From Methanobacterium sp. (lineage in GTDB: Archaea > Methanobacteriota > Methanobacteria > Methanobacteriales > Methanobacteriaceae): 38,358 nt of DNA. The position numbers were made by a program, and so were the translations under genes. Positions 1 to 8,613 of this stretch are shown piece by piece (position 1 is the first letter of the stretch; each line of letters begins with the position of its first letter). The stretch is taken from assembly GCA_003166335.1 (NCBI GenBank), contig PMWA01000021.1, positions 1 to 38,358 on the forward strand. Direction: 5' to 3'. The notes under the pieces were generated by a model, which did not search any database, was not told the origin of the DNA, and saw only the letters and a program-made list of their open reading frames with translations.

Positions 1-95
1 TTATTTGTTCTAAATTTATTTTATTTAGTTTTTCACTTAAATAATTCTATGATTTATGGAAATATTTTAATATTTATTACTATAATTTAATATTC

Positions 96-596
96 ATGAG
101 TAGTGTAAATCTGGTTTTGGATAAGATTAAAGATTTGCAATTGGAGTTTCCGGATGGTGTTCCGGTTAATATTTTGTTACAGGAATTGAATTTATCTGAT
201 GAGGAACTTAAGGCTACTTTGTTGAGTCTGATGGATGATGGTGTTATATTTATTGAAGAGGAGTCTGTTAAACTGGTTGAGCAAGTGTCTGAAGATGATA
301 TGGTTTCAGGGGATAGTATTGGATTGGATGATTCAGTTAATGTTTCTGATGAAACAGTAATAATGGATGAGGTAAAGATAGAGGATTTAAGTGAGAGGGA
401 GTTGAAGGCTTTAGAGATTATTAAGGTTTTAGCTGGTGATTCTAAGCATGTTTCTAAATATTTATTAGAAGGGAATCTTCTTTATGGTGATTTAAAGCTT
501 AGTGCATTGGGTACTTATAATTTAATATCGTCTCTGGAGAATAAAGGTCTTATAAAACATGTTAAATTGAGCGATGGTGAATATTACACCATTTAA
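96..596 (+). CDS. Hypothetical protein, probably two winged-helix domains joined by an acidic linker
   Basis: 166-aa ORF. The N-terminal ...LKATLLSLMDDGVIFIEE and C-terminal ...YNLISSLENKGLIKHVK...YYTI segments both fit the wHTH recognition-helix plus wing pattern; the linker is D/E-rich. Confidence 0.6.
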   Translation: MSSVNLVLDKIKDLQLEFPDGVPVNILLQELNLSDEELKATLLSLMDDGVIFIEEESVKLVEQVSEDDMVSGDSIGLDDSVNVSDETVIMDEVKIEDLSERELKALEIIKVLAGDSKHVSKYLLEGNLLYGDLKLSALGTYNLISSLENKGLIKHVKLSDGEYYTI

Positions 597-858
597 TCTG
601 CTTATTCTCTTTTTCATTAATTTTGATTTATATATAATTCTTGATTGACTTATTATAGTGAGATTTTATCTCGGCGTTGTATTCATCTTGTTTTATTGAT
701 AATTACAGAATTTTATTTTTGTATTTCAAATTTTTAAGTTTCCATATTTTTTTTTAATTACTTTAACCATATTTCTAAAACTAATTATCGGATTTTAAAT
801 GAGAAAATTTTTATGAACTATTAACCATATTAATATTATAAAGGAGTGGGAAAAAATA

Positions 859-1815
859 ATGGTTAAAATTGGATATAAATTATCCAGTGAAGATACTCAT
901 CCATTAAATTTGGTGAAATATGCTGAAATGGTTGAGGAGGCTGGTTTTAGCTTTGCTATGATTTCAGATCATTATCATCCTTGGGTTAATAAACAGGATC
1001 AAAGCCCATTTGTTTGGAGTACTTTAGGCGGTATTTCACAGGCCACTACTAATTTGAATTTAGGTACAGCTGTGACTTGTCCTACAATAAGAGTGCATCC
1101 GGCTATTGTTGCTCAAGCGGCTGCTACAACTGCTTCGATGATGCCTGGTAGATTTATGTTGGGTGTGGGTTCTGGTGAGAATTTGAATGAGCATATTCTA
1201 GGGGATCATTGGCCGCCTGCACCGGTACGTATTGCAATGTTGGAGGAAGCGGTGAAGATTATTCGAATGCTTTGGCAGGGTGATATTCATAATTTTAAAG
1301 GTAAATATTATACTATTGAGAATACGCGAATCTATACTTTACCAGCAGAACTTCCGCCTATTTTAATGTCTGCGGATGGTGAGGAAGCGGCTGAAACAGC
1401 GGGTAGAATTAGTGATGGTTTAATTACCCCTGGTATTAAGGAGAGTCTTGTTAAGATTTTTAAGAATACTGGTGGTAAGGGTAAACCTTGTTATGCTGAG
1501 GTTTCAGTTTGTTGGGCGGATGATATGGATTATGCTAGAAAGATAAGTTATGATTATTGGCCTATACTTGCTAATAAGAATGGTTTAAATTGGGAGATAC
1601 CTACACCTAAATATTTTGAGGAATTAGCTAAAATGACGGATCCTGATAGTTTAACACGGGAAATTGTTTGTGGTAATGATCCGCAGAGTCATATTGATGA
1701 GATTAATAAATTTGTTAAGGCTGGTTATGATCATGTGTTTATTCATCAGTTAGGACCTTATCAAGAGGGTTTCATAAAATTTTATGAAGAGGAAGTTCTC
1801 CCTGAATTCCAGTAA
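859..1815 (+). CDS. F420-dependent LLM-class oxidoreductase (TIGR03557 / G6PDH-like family)
   Basis: Motifs ISDHYHPW, GTAVTCPT, GRFMLGVGSGENLNEH and MLEEAVKIIRMLW; SD AAGGAG at about 841-846. Confidence 0.9.
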   Translation: MVKIGYKLSSEDTHPLNLVKYAEMVEEAGFSFAMISDHYHPWVNKQDQSPFVWSTLGGISQATTNLNLGTAVTCPTIRVHPAIVAQAAATTASMMPGRFMLGVGSGENLNEHILGDHWPPAPVRIAMLEEAVKIIRMLWQGDIHNFKGKYYTIENTRIYTLPAELPPILMSADGEEAAETAGRISDGLITPGIKESLVKIFKNTGGKGKPCYAEVSVCWADDMDYARKISYDYWPILANKNGLNWEIPTPKYFEELAKMTDPDSLTREIVCGNDPQSHIDEINKFVKAGYDHVFIHQLGPYQEGFIKFYEEEVLPEFQ

Positions 1816-1914
1816 AAAAAAATATTCATAATAATTAATTTTTTTTCAGAATTAAGTATTAGGAATATTTTTTTTTTTAAATGGATTTTAAATATTTTTA
1901 CCTAAAAAATGTAC

Positions 1915-2214
1915 TTAGAATTCTACATTTGCGTATTCATTCTGATAATTATCAACAATTTCTTCAATATCTGTATAATCTCCAGCTAAAATATAATTTA
2001 AGTACTTTAAATAGGAATCGAAATGATTTTTTGAATCAGGTGTAGTTTGTACTGCTTTATCGATAAGTATTCTAATAAAAAACACTTCATCTTCCGGGGA
2101 ATCCGTAAGTTCTCCAGTTTTTAGAATAGGAGTAAATAAATCTTCAATGGAACTACTAATTATAGCATCTAGAACCTCTGAAGTTTCTGAATCTCTATTT
2201 TTTGAATCATTCAA
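1915..2214 (-). CDS. Small acidic hypothetical protein
   Basis: 99-aa ORF with a TTG start preceded by a strong SD (GAGGTGG) on the minus strand; no recognisable motif. Confidence 0.65.
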   Translation of the reverse strand: MNDSKNRDSETSEVLDAIISSSIEDLFTPILKTGELTDSPEDEVFFIRILIDKAVQTTPDSKNHFDSYLKYLNYILAGDYTDIEEIVDNYQNEYANVEF

Positions 2215-2580
2215 TTTACCACCTCTAGTTTCATTATTTAGAATTGTTTTTTTGTAATATTTAGATTCTTCTAAAAATCAAATTGTACTGCTAATATTTT
2301 GAGTTTTTCGTTAATTACTCTGTCTAAGAAATGTTGTTTAGTATGTTATTGTGGATAAAGGTTATTTTATCTGAATTTATTTTCGTTTAGGTTGTTATTA
2401 TGGGGTTTAAATTATTTCTGGGCGTGTTGAGTAATGCGTCATACGTGTAATGATATAGTATGTAGGAGATTAAATGGAATGGTGGAAAACTTTTGATCAT
2501 ATTTGCTCTGCAACATATTTATGATGGGATTTCATAGGAGATGCTGTTTTTAGAGTTTGTTTATTAAATAAAATTTTTGT

Positions 2581-2667
2581 GGATGACCTGCTATTGCATG
2601 TGAGGTTTGACGGGCCTGTTTATGCCGATCATGCAGTAGAACCGATGACCTTATATGAATTTTTTTT
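2581..2667 (+). ncRNA. Candidate structured small RNA (K-turn / box C/D-like or pseudoknot-forming)
   Basis: 36 of 70 bases are G+C in 2581-2650, inside very AT-rich intergenic DNA. 10-bp stem 2591-2600/2630-2639; 11-bp stem 2597-2607/2647-2657 capped by U.U, G.A, A.G; TATA-like TTTATTAA at 2560-2567; T8 tract at 2660-2667. Confidence 0.4.
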
Positions 2668-3317
2668 AATATTTTATAGTTTTATTTTTTTTTTATTACC
2701 ACATTATATGACAACCAGAGTATAGGTTGAGGGGGTAAAAAAACTAATAATTTCTTCCTTTAAATTTAGAATCATCTTAGAAATAATACTAAATTAGATT
2801 TTTTTATATAGAAATATTTGATTTTGGTGCAGAAATGGTCAAGAAAAAGTCAAGTTTTTTGATATTGAAATTTTCGATTAATGTTAGCTTTTTTTGAGTG
2901 AAAGTATTACTTTGATAGTGAAATTAGAAATAAAAAAAATTAAAAATCTGAGGATTATTAAGGCTTTAAAACATTATTAAATAATTAATTATTCTTATTG
3001 GTATATGTTATATGTTCCTTATATACACCTTAGCAAATTTTTTATTTTAAATTTTTTTTATTAAAAGTATTACATATCAGTGAAGAATCTTTTTTTTATG
3101 GTGTTTATTTTATAGTTTTATTTTAGTACTCCTTCGGCTACGATAAAGTGAACTTATTTGTGTTTATAGTGCAGAATAGTAATGTAATAGGAAAAATAGA
3201 GTATTTGTTTAGTATTTATGAACACGTAAAGAAAGTATTCATCATTAATGAAATATTATAATAAATTATGAAATTTTAAGTTAAAAAAATTTTAAGACAT
3301 TAGTTGGTGATTGTGTT

Positions 3318-4283
3318 ATGATTTTGATTGTGGGTGGAGCAGGTTATATTGGTTCTCATGTTAATAAGATGCTTAGTCTTAATGGTTTTGAGACGGTTGT
3401 TTTCGATAATTTGAGTTATGGTCATCGTGATTTTGTGAAGTGGGGTGTCTTGGAGGAGGGTGATCTAGGTGAAATTATTGACATAAGACGAGTATTCCAA
3501 AAATATCATATAGATGCCGTAATGCAATTTGCAGCATTCACTTATGTAGGTGAATCCGTTGAAGATCCGCAGAAATATTACCTCAACAATCTCCGTAACA
3601 CGTTGAATCTTTTAGAGGTGATGTTGGAGGAGAAAGTTAAATATTTTGTATTCTCCTCAACCTGCGCAACTTATGGCGATCCTAATGAGATTCCTATTAC
3701 AGAAGATCATCCTCAAAATCCTATAAATCCCTATGGGAAAGGAAAATATATGGTGGAGCAGATTTTAGAGGATTATAGTAAAGCTTATAATTTACGGTAT
3801 GCGGCTTTACGTTATTTTAATGCTGCCGGGGCAGATCCTGATGGTGAAATAGGGGAATTACACCAGCCTGAAACTCATCTTATACCATTGATTTTGGATG
3901 TTGCATTGGGTAAAAGAGATGATATTAAGATATTTGGAACAGATTACCCTACTCCTGATGGTACCTGTATAAGGGATTATATACATGTCCTTGATCTTGC
4001 AGATGCTCATATTAAAGCTTTGGAACGATTGCAGAATGGTGGTGAGAGCGATGTTTTTAACTTAGGTAATGGTCAAGGATTTTCTGTAAGAGAAGTGATT
4101 GGTACTGCTGAGAAAGTTACCGGTAAAAAGATTAAAGCATCAGAAGTTGGTCGCAGGCCTGGTGATCCACCAGTTTTAGTGGGTAGTGCTTTGAAGGCGC
4201 GTGAACTGTTGGGTTGGCAGCCACGGTATAATGATCTTTCTTTGATTGTTGATACAGCGTGGCGTTGGCAGCAGAAACTTTAA
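3318..4283 (+). CDS. galE: UDP-glucose 4-epimerase
   Basis: GGAGYIGSH NAD-binding motif, FSSTCATYG, catalytic YGKGK (YxxxK), LRYFNAAGA, DGTCIRDYIHV; SD GGTGA at 3306-3310. Confidence 0.95.
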   Translation: MILIVGGAGYIGSHVNKMLSLNGFETVVFDNLSYGHRDFVKWGVLEEGDLGEIIDIRRVFQKYHIDAVMQFAAFTYVGESVEDPQKYYLNNLRNTLNLLEVMLEEKVKYFVFSSTCATYGDPNEIPITEDHPQNPINPYGKGKYMVEQILEDYSKAYNLRYAALRYFNAAGADPDGEIGELHQPETHLIPLILDVALGKRDDIKIFGTDYPTPDGTCIRDYIHVLDLADAHIKALERLQNGGESDVFNLGNGQGFSVREVIGTAEKVTGKKIKASEVGRRPGDPPVLVGSALKARELLGWQPRYNDLSLIVDTAWRWQQKL

Positions 4284-4287
4284 ATTT

Positions 4288-4539
4288 TTAGGCTAATGTT
4301 CTATAAAATAAGAAGTAAGCTAGAATCATTAAAATTATAGCTAGTATAACAACTGTTATTATAGAACCTGTATCATTTCCGAATATGATGGGTATGGGTC
4401 CAATTAGAATTACACCACCCGTTTTAACTTCTCCAGTTTTAGATGCAGTTCCTTGTAGGAATGTGCCGATAAATATTAGGATGAAGCCAATAAATATTGC
4501 AATGATTCCCGCTATAATGATACTGCTTCCTTTAATCAT
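4288..4539 (-). CDS. TIGR00304/DUF131 family small membrane protein
   Basis: Two hydrophobic helices flanking the signature GGVILIGPIPIIFG. Confidence 0.85.
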   Translation of the reverse strand: MIKGSSIIIAGIIAIFIGFILIFIGTFLQGTASKTGEVKTGGVILIGPIPIIFGNDTGSIITVVILAIILMILAYFLFYRTLA

Positions 4540-4605
4540 GACAGATCAACAAATAAATATTTCTTTTTTTACGAAGTTTAGAAAATCAATAAATTTTCAA
4601 TTCAG

Positions 4606-5097
4606 TTAATTATTATCTTTTAATCGGAATTCTATTCTGTTATCCCCGTTTCTGGATTCAACTATATTCTGCAAGCATAGTTTATTTAAACTTTCTTCTA
4701 ATTCATCTAAAACACAGTTTTTATTTTCAGAATTCTGGCAGAGTTGTGCTTGACAGGGACATTCTATTAAATCTTCAATTTCATTTATAGTCATCCATGT
4801 ATTTGTTTGGCTTAACACATTATAAATTGAAAGATAAGTTAATATAATATTTCTTTCAGAGTTTTCTAAGTCTAATTTACTTATAATGCCCTTTATATCC
4901 TGTGAAACTGATTCAATAATAAGTTTATCCTCTTCGGGGATTATTAGCATTACTTGTACTTCTTCTGATAGATAAGATTGGCCCCGGCTGATGTGGAAAT
5001 AATCTTTTCTAAGTACCAATCCACCTACATCTTCCACAATTTCAGCTAATTCATCAAATCTGTACACGCCACCGCTGAATAGTATAATTTCATACAT
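4606..5097 (-). CDS. Methanogenesis marker 7-like N-terminal domain fused to a Cys-rich, wHTH-like C-terminal domain
   Basis: N-terminus MYEIILFSGGVYRFDELAEIVEDVGGLVL resembles the marker-7 N-terminus; the C-terminal half contains CPCQAQLC...C. Confidence 0.6.
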   Translation of the reverse strand: MYEIILFSGGVYRFDELAEIVEDVGGLVLRKDYFHISRGQSYLSEEVQVMLIIPEEDKLIIESVSQDIKGIISKLDLENSERNIILTYLSIYNVLSQTNTWMTINEIEDLIECPCQAQLCQNSENKNCVLDELEESLNKLCLQNIVESRNGDNRIEFRLKDNN

Positions 5098-5510
5098 TCG
5101 AAAAACTACTTCTAAGATTTTTTCAAAATTTTAAAGTTTAGAGTATTGTTTTTGTTTATTATCAAATTCAATATTAATGAATTTTATTGTATAAATTTCC
5201 TAAATTCTTATAAAACTAAACTGATAGAATATTTTTCTATAAATTTAATGAGTTCATTTTAATAAAAATTTTTTAGAAATAAGAGAAATATTTTGAAAAT
5301 TTATATAACTTTTCTAGAAAAGGATTTAAAAAGATAAAAAAATAGTTTAAGAGATTATTTTCTTTTTTTTAAATACAAAATGGGTGATGATTAAATATAC
5401 TAAGTAAATTTTCAAATTAGGTTTATAGGAAGTTAAATCTATCATAATCATACTTTGGATTGATTATGGTATTGATAAATAAAAAATTTTTTAACCATCA
5501 ATTTTTGTAG

Positions 5511-6485
5511 TTATATGATGCTGCCTTTTAGGAAGTAGGATAAGATTATTCCTATTGATCCAAATAGAATGCCAATTAACCATATGACGATTACAACTTT
5601 TTCTTCACTCATGGGATGGCGTAGCACAGATCTTATAAGTGAGTTGAAACCTCCGTCTGGAGCGAAAAGTTTACCGTCTTTTCCCACTTCTGTTGGGTGA
5701 TGGTCTTGTCTTTCCATTATTCCTACACTGTAGAATTTTAGTATACTATCTATTATATTGGGTATAAGTACGATGAGAGCTATTATTTTTACTCTACCTA
5801 TGAAAGCAATTACTATTATGGTAGCACCGATGATTAGCGTCCCAACGTCTCCCGGGAAGACGCGAGAGGGATGTTTATTATAGATTAGGAAGGCGATTAA
5901 GGCACCGAGCATAGTCATGGATATTATAGATACATTAAATTTATCAAGTATTAAACAGGATATAGTTAAGGCAGTCATAGCTATGACTCCAAGTCCTGAT
6001 TCTATACCGTTTAATCCGGCGAGCATGTTTGTTAAATTAGCTGCAACGGATACAGCTATGGGTATTATGATTAAATATATAATTCCAAGACTCGTGGGTG
6101 CAATCCAGACTAAAGGAATACCTGCTAACCATAGTAAGAAGAGTTTCTCCTTGGATGATAATGTTATTAAGTCATCCACCATGCCGATCATTCCTACGAG
6201 TAGGATCACCAGTAAAGTTACTATAAGGGTGAATTGAAGTGGAGGGTATAGATAGGTTGCAACAAATAATCCAATAGTGAAGCCGAAGAGGATGCCAATA
6301 CCACCCATCTCTGCGACTTGAGGTTTACTAGGTTTGTGAATGTCTTCTCCAACTATATGTGCATCTTTGAGTTTTTTAATTAATTTAGGCATGGCCAGGT
6401 AAGTGGTAATGAAGGCTACTAGGCCGCAGATACTGGAGATTATTATTATTTCTTGGTAATGTTGTAGAATTATTTGGGAGACCAT
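5511..6485 (-). CDS. Polyprenyl-phosphate GlcNAc-1-phosphate transferase (glycosyltransferase 4 / MraY superfamily, GPT/AglH-like)
   Basis: Multi-TM protein with GEDIHK, EMGG, MVDD, NMLAGLNGIE and FPGDVG motifs. Confidence 0.88.
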   Translation of the reverse strand: MVSQIILQHYQEIIIISSICGLVAFITTYLAMPKLIKKLKDAHIVGEDIHKPSKPQVAEMGGIGILFGFTIGLFVATYLYPPLQFTLIVTLLVILLVGMIGMVDDLITLSSKEKLFLLWLAGIPLVWIAPTSLGIIYLIIIPIAVSVAANLTNMLAGLNGIESGLGVIAMTALTISCLILDKFNVSIISMTMLGALIAFLIYNKHPSRVFPGDVGTLIIGATIIVIAFIGRVKIIALIVLIPNIIDSILKFYSVGIMERQDHHPTEVGKDGKLFAPDGGFNSLIRSVLRHPMSEEKVVIVIWLIGILFGSIGIILSYFLKGSII

Positions 6486-6521
6486 TTTAAATCAAATCTT
6501 GAAAATAAAGTATTCAAAATT

Positions 6522-6980
6522 TTATTTCTTAATTATACTATAAACAGTTCTTAAAGGTATTCCTAATTTTTCAGAAATCTTTTTTACACGTAAACCTTCA
6601 TCATATAATCTTTTAACTTTTTCTTCGGTTTCAGGAGTATATTTAGGTTTTCTACCCCTTCTAAGCGGAGTTTCTTTAAGATAGTACACAGTTTTAATTG
6701 GTAAATTTAGCTTTTCTGATATTTCACTCGGATTTGAACCATCATTTAACATTTTCTGGATAAGTTTAACTTCTAATTCTCCATACTTTTTAGGCCTGCC
6801 GCTTTTTACCACTGGTTCGACTTCAACTCCCAATTTTGATAAGACATCCAAATATTTCTTGGAGATGCGAAGATAAAGGCTGCTAGGGCACTTTATACGT
6901 TTTATATGAGGATTTTCCTCCAGAATTTCCATAATTATCCTAGATGATAATGGTTCATTCACATAAACTTCATCAACCAA
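6522..6980 (-). CDS. DNA-binding protein with two Hin/resolvase-type HTH repeats and a DUF1699-like N-terminus
   Basis: Two repeats, GRPKKY...ISEKLNLPIKTVY and GRKPKY...ISEKLGIPLRTVY; TTG start with SD GGTGA. Confidence 0.75.
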   Translation of the reverse strand: MVDEVYVNEPLSSRIIMEILEENPHIKRIKCPSSLYLRISKKYLDVLSKLGVEVEPVVKSGRPKKYGELEVKLIQKMLNDGSNPSEISEKLNLPIKTVYYLKETPLRRGRKPKYTPETEEKVKRLYDEGLRVKKISEKLGIPLRTVYSIIKK

Positions 6981-7044
6981 AAAACAATCACCAACTAAAA
7001 ATTTTTTTCATCATTATAAATAAGAAAAAATGGTTAAATTTTTT

Positions 7045-8613
7045 TTAATCTTTTATCATCTCCAGAAATTTCTGGGCTTTACGGGTAACGGGCTTTTGGA
7101 AGGTTTGAATTTTATCTTTTTCACATATAACTTCTTCAGTAGTCAATGAGAATATCTGGGATGATTCCTCTATCGATAACTTTCCAATGTTATGTAATAT
7201 AACTGCACCTACAGCAGGAGTATTCATCTTAAGATGTAAACCTTTCATTTTCTTTTCAATTTCAAACTTTTGATTTAATAATTCATTCATATGATATATG
7301 TATTCAATTTTTTCCTCAGAGTATTCTTTTAAACATTCCACCAATGACTCTGGAAAATCAGTGAAGGTGTTTATTTGAGTTTTATCTAAAACGGGACGTA
7401 AATTAGGGAATGGACCTGAATATTTACTGCGACGGTCATAAGATGTGGATAAGTAGTATTTTACTAGATCCCATAAAATTAAAATCCGGGGAGCATCCAC
7501 TAATAATTTCTCTTCAATTTTCTTTCGAAGAAAAAGATCTTCTTGAAGTTCTTTATCCATTAAACCATTATATATTAATCCTTCTTTAACGAGTTTTTCA
7601 GTTATTAATTCTTTTTCTAATGTTTTCTGATCCTGAACATCCTCACCCATTCTACGTCCAGTTTCTCTGGCGATTTTAAGGATTTCATCATAATTTTTAA
7701 GTTTATCACTATTTTTAAGGCTTTTATTAAGAATTATTGGTATAATATTCTCAGCTTGTTTTTCCGAAAATTTCACATAACCCAATGCTAATGCATTTTG
7801 AACATGCTTATCATTAATTATAGACGGTTTTTTACGATGGAATTGCAGGAATTCTATACGAGCGTTTGAACCATACTTTTTTCTTATTTCCTTCTCGTAA
7901 TTAAGCTGATCACTGCAATCCAAATTAACTCTCTTCCTAACCCATCTACCGCCCTCTAAAACTTTAACAACCATGGATACGGTTTTAACAATTCCTCTTT
8001 TCTCTTGTTTCAGGATTCTAACTATCTTACGGAAGGCATCCCTACCAAGTGGTGAGAGTTCTGACATCTTCACCATATACTCACCGGAAAGTGGCAGATA
8101 TTTAATTATCTTTAACCTGTAAACACCCTGATAATCTATTTCTAATTCAAGATTCAAGGAGCCACAGACACACTTTTTGGTTGTTAAGTCAGCGATTTCA
8201 TGTCTCGTATAATCTCTTTTACAAATTGGACATTTAATGGTAGCGAATTCTTCTAAATGCCCTACTGCTATTTTATGAGAGGCAATGGATGATTTAACTC
8301 GATCAAGAATGTTTTTTTTAAGAGCCGCTCGCATTCGGAAATGTTGAGTGTGCCGGCTGATGTCATGCAAATCCTCAACTTTCATTTCCACGGACGAAAC
8401 ACGCCCAAACTTCATTAGAGAACTGTAAGGTGCTTTGTAACCTTTAATTTCCATAGTGTCCCTAAATTCTTGTAACTCATATAAATTATCCTTTAAATAA
8501 ATATAAATAGCCATGAAACTATCTAAATCACGAATATCATCTGCATTTATAGATTTTCGTCTTATAATGCCTAAAAACTTCTCTGCCCTTCCAATAAGAA
8601 CCGATTCAGTCAT
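7045..8613 (-). CDS. DUF530 family protein with a zinc ribbon
   Basis: 522 aa; CPIC...CVCG ribbon; start overlaps the metG stop (ATGA). Confidence 0.75.
   Translation of the reverse strand: MTESVLIGRAEKFLGIIRRKSINADDIRDLDSFMAIYIYLKDNLYELQEFRDTMEIKGYKAPYSSLMKFGRVSSVEMKVEDLHDISRHTQHFRMRAALKKNILDRVKSSIASHKIAVGHLEEFATIKCPICKRDYTRHEIADLTTKKCVCGSLNLELEIDYQGVYRLKIIKYLPLSGEYMVKMSELSPLGRDAFRKIVRILKQEKRGIVKTVSMVVKVLEGGRWVRKRVNLDCSDQLNYEKEIRKKYGSNARIEFLQFHRKKPSIINDKHVQNALALGYVKFSEKQAENIIPIILNKSLKNSDKLKNYDEILKIARETGRRMGEDVQDQKTLEKELITEKLVKEGLIYNGLMDKELQEDLFLRKKIEEKLLVDAPRILILWDLVKYYLSTSYDRRSKYSGPFPNLRPVLDKTQINTFTDFPESLVECLKEYSEEKIEYIYHMNELLNQKFEIEKKMKGLHLKMNTPAVGAVILHNIGKLSIEESSQIFSLTTEEVICEKDKIQTFQKPVTRKAQKFLEMIKD

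Noticed and set aside
2581..2660. Fluoride riboswitch or hammerhead ribozyme reading of the structured element
   Set aside because: It lacks the 5' GGYGAUG...UCRCC helix of the fluoride aptamer and the CUGAUGA...GAAA core of hammerheads.
2835..2897. 20-codon ORF MVKKKSSFLILKF... resembling a signal peptide
   Set aside because: It stops immediately and no coding continuation is evident.
2740..3317. Replication origin in the long AT-rich spacer
   Set aside because: No cdc6/orc1 gene in the window and no convincing repeated ORB or mini-ORB elements.
6522..6980. Resolvase or transposon-associated gene
   Set aside because: Only HTH repeats are present; there is no serine recombinase catalytic domain or terminal repeats, and it sits in a housekeeping operon.
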